64,000 bases of DNA from a virus (taxonomy: Duplodnaviria > Caudoviricetes). Of this stretch, positions 37,664 to 47,641 are shown one piece after another. The notes under the pieces are model-generated. The model ran no database searches, was not told the origin of the DNA, and worked only from the letters and a program-made list of their open reading frames with translations. Numbering within the stretch: position 1 is the first letter of the stretch; each line of letters starts with the position of its first letter. The DNA lies in IMG/VR virus record IMGVR_UViG_3300001525_000092, positions 64,001 to 128,000 of that record; one strand, given 5' to 3'. The position numbers and the translations under genes were made by a program.

Positions 37664-40600
37664 TTATCTCAAATCAAATATGTACTTCAGTCTCCATAGT
37701 TTCTTTTCCTTAGACATGTTGAGCTTGATAGGAACAGTATCATAAGAGACATCATAGTAATTATATAAAAATAGGTACTCATCATCATTCAATTCACTCA
37801 TCTTGATTAGTTTCTTGAATATATCTACTGTCACACTTTCTTCTTCTAGTTCTTTCATTCTATCATAGTCTACATAAGAACTATGTATATATGAAAGTTG
37901 AGTAGGAAGAAGAACAAACTTATTTTGATTGAAGTTCTTGTACTCTAATGAAGTGAAGGAATCATATATAAGATGACCATCCAATTCAATCACTTTCTTC
38001 TTGTCATACTTCTCTTCATATATGTTGATAGGAACATATATGTCTACATATCCTGTTCTGTTATATATTGGTGAGTCACTTATAGAGTTGAGTGTTCCTT
38101 TTCTTATCAAGACATCATCTGTCTCTTTGTACTTTAGATTCCACTGATTAGATATAGAAGAAACAGGCAATAGAATAGGAACAATGTCTCCGAAGTATCT
38201 TGTTAGCTTGTACTTGAACAAAGCATCATCATGTCTGATGACAGATATTTCTGTTGACTTGTCATTCATGTCATTGCTTGCTTTAGTAGATGTATATAGC
38301 GTATCTAGATTGAATGTATAAGGAATTACTCTAGCATCTATGCTTACTAAAGACTTGAATATGTCTCTATTTAGCATAGGCATCAATTCTCTGAGTATTT
38401 TCTTGAAGTACAATGGATCTTTCTCAATGTCTGTTCCATTCACATACTTGAACATCTTTATTATTCTCTCAAAGTTCTTGTTGCTTAGTGCATATAAGTC
38501 AAATGATCCTATTGTGTTGTCAAGAGCTAAGTCTATCATGTAATATCCATATACTTTTCCATCCACTAGCTTTGTGCTCAACAATGTGTTCTTCAATCCA
38601 AGATAGTTGTCATCTTGTCTCAATGAAGTCTTCTTGACATTCATGCTAGAGTACAAGAAGTCATTGAGAACTTTTCCAGTAGCTACTTCAAATCTAGACT
38701 TAATCCATTTTCTCTCATCATCTGGTTCTACTAAAGCAGACAATGAAGATAATTCTTCATCCGTCAGTTCTATCATTGTGTTAGAATCATACTGTGTGTG
38801 TCGCAAGTACTTTGTTGTGACATTGTTGTTGTCATCTACCACTTGCACTTCTTTGAATCCTTCTTCTTTATATATAGCATATAGTTCTGTATCAGAAAGT
38901 TCTTGCTCATATATCTTGTCAAACAACGGAACTAAGCAATTCTCATTCTCTTCTATAATGATGTCATGCATGTCATCAATCTCTGGATTGATGTATCTTG
39001 ACTTTATTCCTTTATAGTGATCTCTTTCCCAGTTAGACTGTGTCTGGACTTCATACAAGTACAAGTCTTTGTATGACTTAGTGTTTCCGTAGTCTTCTAA
39101 GTCAATAAGCTTTCCTGGTCCATATATCTGATCATTGAGCTTGAAGCATTCTATGTCAAAGCACAACTCAACATATCTCACTCCATCATCGAACTCTATC
39201 TTCCAAACATCATAAGTCTCATCATAGTTCTCATCTTTCATAGATACATAGTCAATGATCTCAAAGAACTCTTTGAATGACTTAGGATATTCTGTAGCAG
39301 ATATAGGTGTATAGCAATCCTTGACAGACACCTTGCCGTCATCTAACACTAAGTTCTTTTCTCTTATATAAACCATAGATGCCCATCTCTTTGCTAAGTC
39401 ACTAGGCTTCTTTCTCTTCTGGTTGCAACACAATTCTGTGTACCACCAATACAGATGCTGCTTGTTCAAGAACTGCGCTTTGAACTTTCTAGTATGTCTA
39501 AGAAGATCAAGACAATCTATTTCGTTGTCATTCTTGTACTTCTCTAGCACAGCTTGCATGTTGTACTGATCTATCCATACAACATTAGTCACTTTTTCTT
39601 TCTCACTTTCTCTTATAATATATTCTTCATCTATATAGTTGTTCTTCTTGAATGTGTCTGTAGCATATATAGTCTTTCCATTGAACATGACAGGATAGAA
39701 TCCAAAAGTATCTTGAGCAGAAAGATATGACTTCAGTGCAGATGTCACTTTATCATGAAGTGTATGCGCAGTGTATGTGATTTGCCATTCTTTAGTATTA
39801 GAATGTCTCATCTTCTTGTAGTCATACTTTCCATTAGTGTTGTTGAAGTAAGTGGCAAGAGAAGAATCAATGTCTGTAGTGATATATTCTTGTATGTGAT
39901 AGTTCTTCAAGAAATAACTATTTAAGTTATATATAGAGCAGTAATAAGAAAGAGAAGTAGAGTTGATAGGATTAGGTATCATGACATAGCTAAGCTCAGG
40001 ATAGTAAATGTTAGCTTTTCCTGCATTCACTATTCCTGTCTTGTCGCTGCTAGAGCATCCTAACAACTCATATATAGGATCATAGTACTTCTTAGAATCA
40101 TACACATCTTCTATCACTCTATAGAAAGCTTGAGTTCCTTCTATAGATCCTGTCCAGTTTATTTCACCATATAGTCCTTCCCAATCAGGCCTCTCTCCAT
40201 ATCCACACACATAAGTCATAGGCTGGCCAGACGAAGAGAGAGCATAAGTCGTCTCTGCATTGTCATAGTCAGGAGTGCCATCATTCTTAAGCAAGTATGT
40301 TTGCTTCATCAATACATAAGTGTTGGCAGTGTAAGCATAGTTCTTTGGAATGTTCATGTACCCATAAGAGTCGCATGCTATTCCTGGTATGTGGAAGTCT
40401 ATGATTTCATTTCCTTGTATGATGTAGCTAGAAGAAATCTTTTCTTTTCCTTCTTCATCTAATGACATCAATGGACATATTTGCTTGTATATAGAAGCAG
40501 ATTCTAGAACAATGTCAGGATATGACAACTCTATTCCTTTCTCTTCACACCAACTAGATATAGTCGAGTACTTCATCTGTCTTCTTATGTTGTCTATGTA

Positions 40601-42499
40601 AGCAGACACTTTCTTCTCATCATAGTACTTGTTTATGTCAGACAAGCTTATTCCTATCTCAGAAGGATTGACATATCTAGCATAAGGGTCAGGCAAGTAA
40701 GCATAAGAATATCCATCATGCTCGCTATCATGATAAGTTGAGACATAGTAAGAAGAATCAAGATATCCTTTCTTGAATAGCATTCCTGCACACACATAAG
40801 AATTAGAGATAGAGTTCTCTTCATTAGCATACATCCAAGCATTATTTGCTGAAGAGAGATGAAGAACATCAGACAATAATTTTGTGTTGAAGAATGAGTT
40901 TCTGTTCCCGTACACACTAGAAGATGTGAGTATGGTCTGGACAGGAAACACTAGCTTGTCACTTTCTTTAGCAGATATAGTCTCTATCATAGGATTCACT
41001 ATGATTGCAAACTTGTCTATCTTGTCAGTGATCATGCTGAAGTCATATAGGATTCCTTTGTAGTAGCAGTTGTTGTTAGAAAGACTTTCCCATTCTACTT
41101 CATCTACCCAGCCTTCTTTTGTCTTCATCACACTGAACCAATAGAACTGATAAGATTCTATAGATTCTTTATACAGTGATGGAATGTACTTATGAGGAGT
41201 ATCTGTGTATCTAGTAGAAGCATTGTCACCAATAGGAACTACCATAGAGTAGTTGAACTCATCACCTTCTTGCTCTTCTACTAGAGCAGGCATAGACTGC
41301 ACCATCTTAGGATACTGTCCATACAATATGTTGCTTCCTTGATTTCTATTGAATGCAAAAGATGTGTTGATCACATAAGGATGATAGTCTGAAGAAGATG
41401 AAAGTTTCCATCTACTGTACATCTTAGTAAGCTTGTTAGAGAATTGGTAGTCTATGATGCTTGCTTCATTCATAGAAGGAAAGCAGTCACTCATCAAGTT
41501 AGTCACGCTACCAGACTTCCATACGAGATCTCCTGTCTCTGAATCCATCTTGAGAACATCTTCAGCATACTCATCATAGTCAGATACAAAGTCATGCATC
41601 TTCAGGCTGTTGCCATTGAGCATGTACTTTCCTGTTATGTAGACATTGCATCTAGCAAATTGCTTCTTCTCTTTAGAAGAAAGAACATCATCTATGTTGA
41701 ATCTGAATGCTAATGGAATGACTTGCTTCATAGCAACATTGTTCATCTTGTATGTTCTTGCTATAGTAGCATCTACATTGTTGTTAGTGTACTGCTTAAT
41801 GAATATGTCAGATATAGTAGTGTCTGATGCTATGCAAGTTCCTCCATTCATCAAGTCAATCCCATATAATGTGATAGACTTAGAATTGCTAGAGAGCAAT
41901 GCAACTTTACTGTCTACTTTCTTCATGTACTTCTTAAGATAAGCAGACAAGTAATTGTACTTAGCAGAAGGCAATGTTTCTTCTTCTCTTACTTTCACAA
42001 CTATGTCTTTATATATAGAAGAGTTAGCATTCTGTAGAAGTATAGAAATAGTGAATGAATCAGGAAGATGATTGATGTCATCAACATACATAGGAGCAAA
42101 GAACTCATACTGATATCCTGTCTTCTTGTAGCTTATTCTCTTGCATCCATATTCTACATCAATGTTTCTAGGTTCTTTAGGATTAGATCTATCTAGCTTG
42201 CAAATCTCTTTCTTATTGAAGTCATAACCATTCTCATAGAACACATCTTTGTTGTATAAGTAGAACTTTTGCAAGTCATAGTCATAAGAGCTTCCTAGCA
42301 AGTTGCAAGTGACTACTTTTCTTGATAGAGATGTGCTAGCACTATCTATCACTGCACCTCTCACTCTACTCTCATATACATATATAGTAGTGTTGTCTTG
42401 ATTAGTATGTTGTCCTTTGTAGTCATAGCTTGTCAAGTTGCATGCAATCTTGACATTGCCTGAATAAGAAGGAATGATTCTTAGCAATGGCTTGATCAT
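37664..42499 (-). CDS. 1611-aa putative virion structural protein
   Basis: Size, coupling to the 1980-aa gene, class B motif upstream (42520-42532). Confidence 0.55.
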   Translation of the reverse strand: MIKPLLRIIPSYSGNVKIACNLTSYDYKGQHTNQDNTTIYVYESRVRGAVIDSASTSLSRKVVTCNLLGSSYDYDLQKFYLYNKDVFYENGYDFNKKEICKLDRSNPKEPRNIDVEYGCKRISYKKTGYQYEFFAPMYVDDINHLPDSFTISILLQNANSSIYKDIVVKVREEETLPSAKYNYLSAYLKKYMKKVDSKVALLSSNSKSITLYGIDLMNGGTCIASDTTISDIFIKQYTNNNVDATIARTYKMNNVAMKQVIPLAFRFNIDDVLSSKEKKQFARCNVYITGKYMLNGNSLKMHDFVSDYDEYAEDVLKMDSETGDLVWKSGSVTNLMSDCFPSMNEASIIDYQFSNKLTKMYSRWKLSSSSDYHPYVINTSFAFNRNQGSNILYGQYPKMVQSMPALVEEQEGDEFNYSMVVPIGDNASTRYTDTPHKYIPSLYKESIESYQFYWFSVMKTKEGWVDEVEWESLSNNNCYYKGILYDFSMITDKIDKFAIIVNPMIETISAKESDKLVFPVQTILTSSSVYGNRNSFFNTKLLSDVLHLSSANNAWMYANEENSISNSYVCAGMLFKKGYLDSSYYVSTYHDSEHDGYSYAYLPDPYARYVNPSEIGISLSDINKYYDEKKVSAYIDNIRRQMKYSTISSWCEEKGIELSYPDIVLESASIYKQICPLMSLDEEGKEKISSSYIIQGNEIIDFHIPGIACDSYGYMNIPKNYAYTANTYVLMKQTYLLKNDGTPDYDNAETTYALSSSGQPMTYVCGYGERPDWEGLYGEINWTGSIEGTQAFYRVIEDVYDSKKYYDPIYELLGCSSSDKTGIVNAGKANIYYPELSYVMIPNPINSTSLSYYCSIYNLNSYFLKNYHIQEYITTDIDSSLATYFNNTNGKYDYKKMRHSNTKEWQITYTAHTLHDKVTSALKSYLSAQDTFGFYPVMFNGKTIYATDTFKKNNYIDEEYIIRESEKEKVTNVVWIDQYNMQAVLEKYKNDNEIDCLDLLRHTRKFKAQFLNKQHLYWWYTELCCNQKRKKPSDLAKRWASMVYIREKNLVLDDGKVSVKDCYTPISATEYPKSFKEFFEIIDYVSMKDENYDETYDVWKIEFDDGVRYVELCFDIECFKLNDQIYGPGKLIDLEDYGNTKSYKDLYLYEVQTQSNWERDHYKGIKSRYINPEIDDMHDIIIEENENCLVPLFDKIYEQELSDTELYAIYKEEGFKEVQVVDDNNNVTTKYLRHTQYDSNTMIELTDEELSSLSALVEPDDERKWIKSRFEVATGKVLNDFLYSSMNVKKTSLRQDDNYLGLKNTLLSTKLVDGKVYGYYMIDLALDNTIGSFDLYALSNKNFERIIKMFKYVNGTDIEKDPLYFKKILRELMPMLNRDIFKSLVSIDARVIPYTFNLDTLYTSTKASNDMNDKSTEISVIRHDDALFKYKLTRYFGDIVPILLPVSSISNQWNLKYKETDDVLIRKGTLNSISDSPIYNRTGYVDIYVPINIYEEKYDKKKVIELDGHLIYDSFTSLEYKNFNQNKFVLLPTQLSYIHSSYVDYDRMKELEEESVTVDIFKKLIKMSELNDDEYLFLYNYYDVSYDTVPIKLNMSKEKKLWRLKYIFDLR

Positions 42500-42826
42500 T
42501 AGATTCTATGTATGATTCATTTAGTTAAAAATTGCTTAGATGTTATGTTAACTATTTTTAACATTAAATGAATAACCTATCATAGATTATCTATGTTATT
42601 CTTATATAGAAAGCATAAAAATAAAGAACTTTACAATGAAGTCACTCAACTTACATAGCAGTCTATCAATGATGAAACGACCTTTTGGTTGCTTCTCATC
42701 TTGGTGTGGTTCTATGTTTGGAAGACATTCATAATGAAGTTCATGATTAAGAGTTGATTCTAGTCATGAATATATGATGGAACAATTCTTAGTAAACATT
42801 TCTTTTATATATAAAGATTAGATAGT

Positions 42827-42873
42827 TGAGAAGAAGTTCCAAATATGCATAAGGAATTTTTTCTCATTTTTTT
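42827..42873 (+). terminator. Terminator upstream of tRNA array
   Basis: GAGAAGAAGTTCC..GGAATTTTTTCTC plus T run. Confidence 0.6.
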
Positions 42874-42883
42874 GTTATAATCT

Positions 42884-42911
42884 TTGAAAAAATCCTGGTA
42901 ATTACTATATT
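42884..42911 (+). promoter_or_regulatory. Class A promoter of tRNA array
   Basis: TTGAAA-N16-TATATT. Confidence 0.7.
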
Positions 42912-42953
42912 ATAAATGTCAATCAAATAATATTCAATATTTAATTGATAAAC

Positions 42954-43026
42954 GGATTGATAGCTTAGATGGTCTGAGCGCTGGACTGAAAATCCAGAGG
43001 TCGTGGATCGTTACCACGTCAATCCA
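42954..43026 (+). tRNA. tRNA-Phe(GAA)
   Basis: Cloverleaf, CTGGA-CT GAA AA-TCCAG; atypical T-loop. Confidence 0.9.
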
Positions 43027-43065
43027 CTAAGAAAATTGTTCTTTGAAATAATGAATACAATGAAT

Positions 43066-43139
43066 GTTCTGTTAACTCAGTTGGATAGAGTACGATACTT
43101 TTAATATCGGAGTCATGAGTTCAAGTCTCATACAGAACA
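43066..43139 (+). tRNA. tRNA-Lys(TTT)
   Basis: CGATA-CT TTT AA-TATCG. Confidence 0.92.
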
Positions 43140-43454
43140 CAACAAGATTGTCAAGAGATCTCTTCCGAAAATGCAAAGGAATGAGAATCTCAGCATCATT
43201 GAAATGTCTTATCAGATATATCGGACAATGATTAATCTGGTTGCTAGAAAGAACTTGGACAGTTCAAATATAGTTGTTAACTCAAATGCTCACGAGCTCT
43301 AGCTGGATATAATCAATGATGAATGATGACATTGAGAAGACATGCATGAAGTCCGATGCATAGACATGGTCAATATGATGTTTGATCTTCTTCTCATAGG
43401 TCATTGTTCTTGGATTGAAAGCGAACAAGAACTAAAACAACAAATCGCTTGCAT

Positions 43455-43539
43455 GGAAGTTTGGCAGAGTGGACTATTGCACTGGTCTTGAAAACCAGAG
43501 GTCAGAGATGATCCATAGGTTCGAATCCTATAGCTTCCG
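43455..43539 (+). tRNA. tRNA-Ser(TGA)
   Basis: Long variable arm, CT TGA AA. Confidence 0.92.
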
Positions 43540-43545
43540 CTACTT

Positions 43546-43617
43546 GGGTGATTGTCAGAGTGGTTTATGTCTGGGTCTGCAAAACCCAGTAGGTTGGTCC
43601 GATTCCAACATCACCCT
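43546..43617 (+). tRNA. tRNA-Cys(GCA)
   Basis: CT GCA AA, U73. Confidence 0.88.
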
Positions 43618-43623
43618 CAGAAT

Positions 43624-43856
43624 AGATTGCAATAGACAAAGTTGTTGCCTTAGATGGCTTGTCAAGAGACTGATAAGTTCTGGTTGAAGTGATACGAGAT
43701 GTCATACTAAAACTCCAAAATCCGGAAAGTTAAGTCCAGTCCTCAGTTGCATATTAAAAGAATCAATGCTGCAGTAAATTGATTCTATATAAAGTTGCAA
43801 GTTGTCTATGAATGCAGATGGTAAAGGTTCATAGAAACTCTCGTCTACTGCAATCT
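43624..43856 (+). ncRNA. Candidate structured ncRNA of unknown class
   Basis: 13/14-bp closing stem AGATTGCAATAGAC / GTCTACTGCAATCT with internal hairpins; lies between tRNAs. Confidence 0.55.
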
Positions 43857-43892
43857 TACAATGGTTACTTATATTGATGGTGACCATGCAAT

Positions 43893-43966
43893 GGTTACTT
43901 AGCTCAGTTGGTTAGAGCGCAACATTCATAAAGTTGAGGTCCAAGGTTCGAATCCTTGAGTGACTA
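43893..43966 (+). tRNA. tRNA with CAT anticodon (Met or Ile2)
   Basis: TT CAT AA loop; one mismatch in the anticodon stem. Confidence 0.85.
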
Positions 43967-43976
43967 CAAGTTAATT

Positions 43977-44054
43977 GCATCGGTGGTGTAACTGGAGGTG
44001 CACATCTGACTTCCAATCAGAAGGCTTACGCGAGTTCGAATCTCGTCCGATGCT
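43977..44054 (+). tRNA. tRNA-Gly(TCC)
   Basis: TCTGA-CT TCC AA-TCAGA. Confidence 0.9.
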
Positions 44055-44062
44055 CATTTTTC

Positions 44063-44136
44063 GGGGTTATAACTCAGTTGCATAGAGTAAGAAACTTCTA
44101 ATTTCTAAGTCGTAGGTTGGAATCCTACTAACCCCG
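44063..44136 (+). tRNA. tRNA-Arg(TCT)
   Basis: AGAAA-CT TCT AA-TTTCT. Confidence 0.88.
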
Positions 44137-44179
44137 CTAGTGCACTTGGTTTATTTTTAATTAAATAAATTAGGTTTGA

Positions 44180-45109
44180 ATGTATTATAGATGTAAATTT
44201 TGTAATAAAGAATTTGATAATAAAAGATCAAAAGGACAACATGAATCATTTTGTGATTTAAACCCAAACAAAAGATATTCATGGAATAAAGGAAAAAGTG
44301 CAAAGACTGATGATAGAATATTAAAATCAAAAGAAACATTTATAAGAAGGTATAAAAATGGAGAAATAAAATTTAATCCACACATATGGACACAAGAAGA
44401 AAAAAATAATCTTTCTAAAAAACGAAAAGAATGGCTAATGAAAAATCCTGATAAGCATCCTTGGAGAAATATGAAGCATAATCGTAGTGAGCCTTGTGAA
44501 GTTTTAAAAGATTTTCTTAGAAAAAATAGCATTCAATTTATAGAAGAATATAATCCAAAAATACAAGATCATAATTATTCTTTAGATATTGCATTTCCTG
44601 ATATAAAATTTGCAATAGAGGTAAATGGTAATCAACATTATAATAATGATGGATCATTAAATGAAAGTTCATTATATAGACATAAATTATTAGAAGCTAA
44701 TGGATGGAAAATATTAGAATTGCATTATACAAAATGTTATAATTTTGACATATCAATATTGGATAAATACGATAACATAGAAGATTTTTATGATAAAGAT
44801 TACGTAGGAAAATATTTTTCAAGAAAAGAAGAAAGAAAAAGAAAAATAGAAGAAGAAAGAAAACAAATAATAGAAAATAAAAAAAGAAGAAAATTTCAGA
44901 AAGAAGAAGAATTCATTGAAAGAAAAAAAATATTATTAGATTTGTTAAATAATTCAAATATTGACTTTAATAAATTCGGATGGGTAAATAAGGCACATCA
45001 ATATCTATCTAACAAAAATGTTTGGTTTCATTCAAATATGAATAGACAAATAAAAAAATATATACCTGAATATATTAATTCTTTTTTCTGGAGACACATA
45101 AGGACATAA
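44180..45109 (+). CDS. Putative homing endonuclease, Vsr/DUF559-like PD-(D/E)xK with Zn finger
   Basis: CKFC..H...C, WNKG, LDIAFP..AIEVNG.QH, GW.IL; very AT-rich. Confidence 0.75.
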   Translation: MYYRCKFCNKEFDNKRSKGQHESFCDLNPNKRYSWNKGKSAKTDDRILKSKETFIRRYKNGEIKFNPHIWTQEEKNNLSKKRKEWLMKNPDKHPWRNMKHNRSEPCEVLKDFLRKNSIQFIEEYNPKIQDHNYSLDIAFPDIKFAIEVNGNQHYNNDGSLNESSLYRHKLLEANGWKILELHYTKCYNFDISILDKYDNIEDFYDKDYVGKYFSRKEERKRKIEEERKQIIENKKRRKFQKEEEFIERKKILLDLLNNSNIDFNKFGWVNKAHQYLSNKNVWFHSNMNRQIKKYIPEYINSFFWRHIRT

Positions 45110-45174
45110 TAAAGGAGAGAACTAGCTTATCGAGGAAAAACCCATGAGCAAAGTCAACCTCCTTGTAGTTGAAT

Positions 45175-45248
45175 AGAGTAGTATATCAATAGGCTAGATT
45201 TCTGCATTTGGGATGCAGAGGTTGTCGGTTCGAGTCCGGTCTACTCTA
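45175..45248 (+). tRNA. tRNA-Pro(TGG)
   Basis: CTGCA-TT TGG GA-TGCAG. Confidence 0.85.
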
Positions 45249-45257
45249 CAAATAATT

Positions 45258-45329
45258 GCTCCTGTCGATTAATGGTTAGGTTCTCAGTCTCCAAAACTGA
45301 TGGTGGTGGTTCGATTCCATCCGGGAGTG
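45258..45329 (+). tRNA. tRNA-Trp(CCA)
   Basis: TCAGT-CT CCA AA-ACTGA. Confidence 0.9.
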
Positions 45330-45464
45330 CTATGTCAAATATTTAAGCATTGAGATATATATATCATTGAAGATGGCAAGAGAGTTCATTCTTACACTAC
45401 AGAAGATGGTATCAAGAAGACTTACATACTGCCTAACTTCAGAAAGCCAAAGACATGGAAAGAG

Positions 45465-45692
45465 ATGAAGAAAGAAGATCCGTGGGCTAAGTATTTGAAG
45501 AATAGCTCAACTTCTCATTCTTGGGTATCAGACCAGTTAGATGACAAGCATGCTATCAAGTTGCAACGTGTCACCAACAAGAAAGTCATCAATGAAGGAA
45601 TCCAAGAATACATTGATGCTTTTGATGAGAGCTTTGAATGTTGGTTTGATGAGACTTTGAATGAATGGAGATCTCTTTATGAGGTAGCATAA
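45465..45692 (+). CDS. Hypothetical protein (frame open further upstream)
   Basis: Genome-typical codons; start unclear. Confidence 0.45.
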   Translation: MKKEDPWAKYLKNSSTSHSWVSDQLDDKHAIKLQRVTNKKVINEGIQEYIDAFDESFECWFDETLNEWRSLYEVA

Positions 45693-45701
45693 GATATACA
45701 T

Positions 45702-45773
45702 GGTGGATATCGTTCAATGGTAGGACAGAAGATTGTGGTTCTTCTAATGAGAGTTCGATTCTCTCTATTCACC
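45702..45773 (+). tRNA. tRNA-His(GTG)
   Basis: G-1:C73, TT GTG GT. Confidence 0.92.
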
Positions 45774-45787
45774 CAATAAAATAAATT

Positions 45788-45872
45788 GGAGAGTTGCCAG
45801 AATGGTTAATGGAGCAGTTTGCTAAACTGTAGTCGAGAAATCGGCTTCTAGGTTCGAGTCCTAGATTCTCCG
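45788..45872 (+). tRNA. tRNA-Ser(GCT)
   Basis: Long variable arm, TT GCT AA. Confidence 0.92.
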
Positions 45873-45887
45873 CTTGAATTTTTATTA

Positions 45888-45970
45888 CGGACTGTGGTGT
45901 AATGGCAGCCACGCCAGACTTAGGATCTGGTGTCAGAGATGACGTGTGGGTTCGAATCCCACCAGTCCGA
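45888..45970 (+). tRNA. tRNA-Leu(TAG)
   Basis: CCAGA-CT TAG GA-TCTGG, long variable arm. Confidence 0.92.
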
Positions 45971-46140
45971 CGAAGCACAATCATGTAAATCAACAGGTTA
46001 GACCTATAGATACATGAAAGTAAACATGAAGGAAGCTGACTGAACAACTTCATCGGTTGAATTAAAATGTATTAATAATAGGACGAGGTAAGACTGCAAA
46101 CCTTAATTGATATTGCGCGCCATGCATTGTTGCTTCCCAT

Positions 46141-46226
46141 GCCTCGATGGCGGAATTGGTAGACGCATTGGACTTAAAATCCAATGTCCAGAAATGGACG
46201 TGCAGGTTCGATCCCTGTTCGAGGTA
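46141..46226 (+). tRNA. tRNA-Leu(TAA)
   Basis: TTGGA-CT TAA AA-TCCAA. Confidence 0.93.
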
Positions 46227-46272
46227 CTTTTTAACATAGATTTTATTTTTAACTATCTTAAACTTAAAAAAA

Positions 46273-46944
46273 ATGAAATCATTATCACAATACATAACTG
46301 AATCTATTGACAAGTCAAAGATTGTCACTAGTTGCAAAGCATACAATGATCTTTCTAAGATGCTCAAGTCATTAGGAATGGTATCAAGTGAAGAAGGATC
46401 AGAAAATACTTCTTATGAAGACATCATCTCAGCAATAAAGAAGACTATTGGTGAAGGTCCTTATTATGTGGTATCAGACAGAAATCCAAAGTCTGCATTC
46501 AGTGAGATTGCAAGCAAAGCAGACATCAAGTCAGGTACTGGAACAGACAATGGATTCATTGACTTAGTTTCTATCAACAAAGAATACAATGATAGTGATG
46601 AAAAGAAGAATGATCCTACCTTTGCGTTCAATGCATGGAAACTTAAGATTAAGAATGCAATGTACCAGAACAAAGTCTTGAAGAATGGCAAAGGTCTCAC
46701 ACAAGAGTTAGATGCTAAAGTGAAGCAGATGAAGATGTTGTTTGACTTAGATCCTATAAAGCTAAGTGCAGTTGCAAGGCACGGAAGAACATCGATAAAG
46801 TCTACTTACTTCAAAGTAAGACCTGCTATATTCATTGTCAATGATACTGTAGTTCCCGGAATAGAGTTTGTAAGTGATACATACACAAGCACTAGAGACG
46901 AGAACATCTATGTGTTCTCAGATGAGAAGTTGAAAGACATCTAA
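46273..46944 (+). CDS. Putative internal head protein, paralog A
   Basis: MKSLSQYITES leader; full-length similarity to the next ORF. Confidence 0.6.
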   Translation: MKSLSQYITESIDKSKIVTSCKAYNDLSKMLKSLGMVSSEEGSENTSYEDIISAIKKTIGEGPYYVVSDRNPKSAFSEIASKADIKSGTGTDNGFIDLVSINKEYNDSDEKKNDPTFAFNAWKLKIKNAMYQNKVLKNGKGLTQELDAKVKQMKMLFDLDPIKLSAVARHGRTSIKSTYFKVRPAIFIVNDTVVPGIEFVSDTYTSTRDENIYVFSDEKLKDI

Positions 46945-46978
46945 AATATTATTAATCAATTAATATATTATTCAATAA

Positions 46979-47641
46979 ATGAAGTCATTGACACAATACA
47001 TAGCAGAGTCGTTAGATTCTAGTATCATCAGAGACAAAGCATTCAAGTTCACTGCATTGTCAAAAGTACTTGACAGAATGAGTGTTCCGACTACTAGATC
47101 AGTGAGAGCACAAGCTCAAGAATCCATCAAGAAGTTCTTAGGAAAAGGTCCATACTATGTAGTTAGATCTGACATGAAGTTCACCAAAGATGTCTTCAAA
47201 GAAATTGTTGACAAAGCTGCGGTTGGATCTCATGGCATAGTTGATGTGATTGACATCAATAAGCTTTACAAAGATCAGATGGACGAATATGGAAATGCTA
47301 GTCCTGAAGTGAGAAAGATGAGAATCAAGAAAGCACTAGAAGTCAACAAGACACTCAAAGAGAAAGGACTTACTAATGACTTAGATACTCTCCTTAAGAG
47401 AATGGAAGACTTAGTGAAAGAAGATCCTATCAAGCTAGATCATTCATATACTTTAGGCAACTCTAAAGGAGACTTAGAGAGAAATGTCAACTTCTTCCCT
47501 GGAGCATGCATCATTGATGACAAGCTTGTTCCGGTGCTCCAAGCATACAATGAGTCAATGTATGCTAAAGACAAGACATTTGTGCTAGTGTTCAGTGAAA
47601 GCACACTGAAGAATGGCATCAATGACACTACAGACAAATAA
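46979..47641 (+). CDS. Putative internal head protein, paralog B
   Basis: MKSLTQYIAES leader; shared GPYYVV, KGLT, DPIKL, VFS. Confidence 0.6.
   Translation: MKSLTQYIAESLDSSIIRDKAFKFTALSKVLDRMSVPTTRSVRAQAQESIKKFLGKGPYYVVRSDMKFTKDVFKEIVDKAAVGSHGIVDVIDINKLYKDQMDEYGNASPEVRKMRIKKALEVNKTLKEKGLTNDLDTLLKRMEDLVKEDPIKLDHSYTLGNSKGDLERNVNFFPGACIIDDKLVPVLQAYNESMYAKDKTFVLVFSESTLKNGINDTTDK

Noticed and set aside
43624-43856. Calling this tmRNA or RNase P RNA
   Set aside because: No tRNA-Ala-like ends or tag ORF; GAGGAAAGUCC and P4 pairing cannot be established
43469-46367. Short ORFs overlapping tRNAs (43469, 45769, 46062, 46107; also 50164)
   Set aside because: They are translations of tRNA genes
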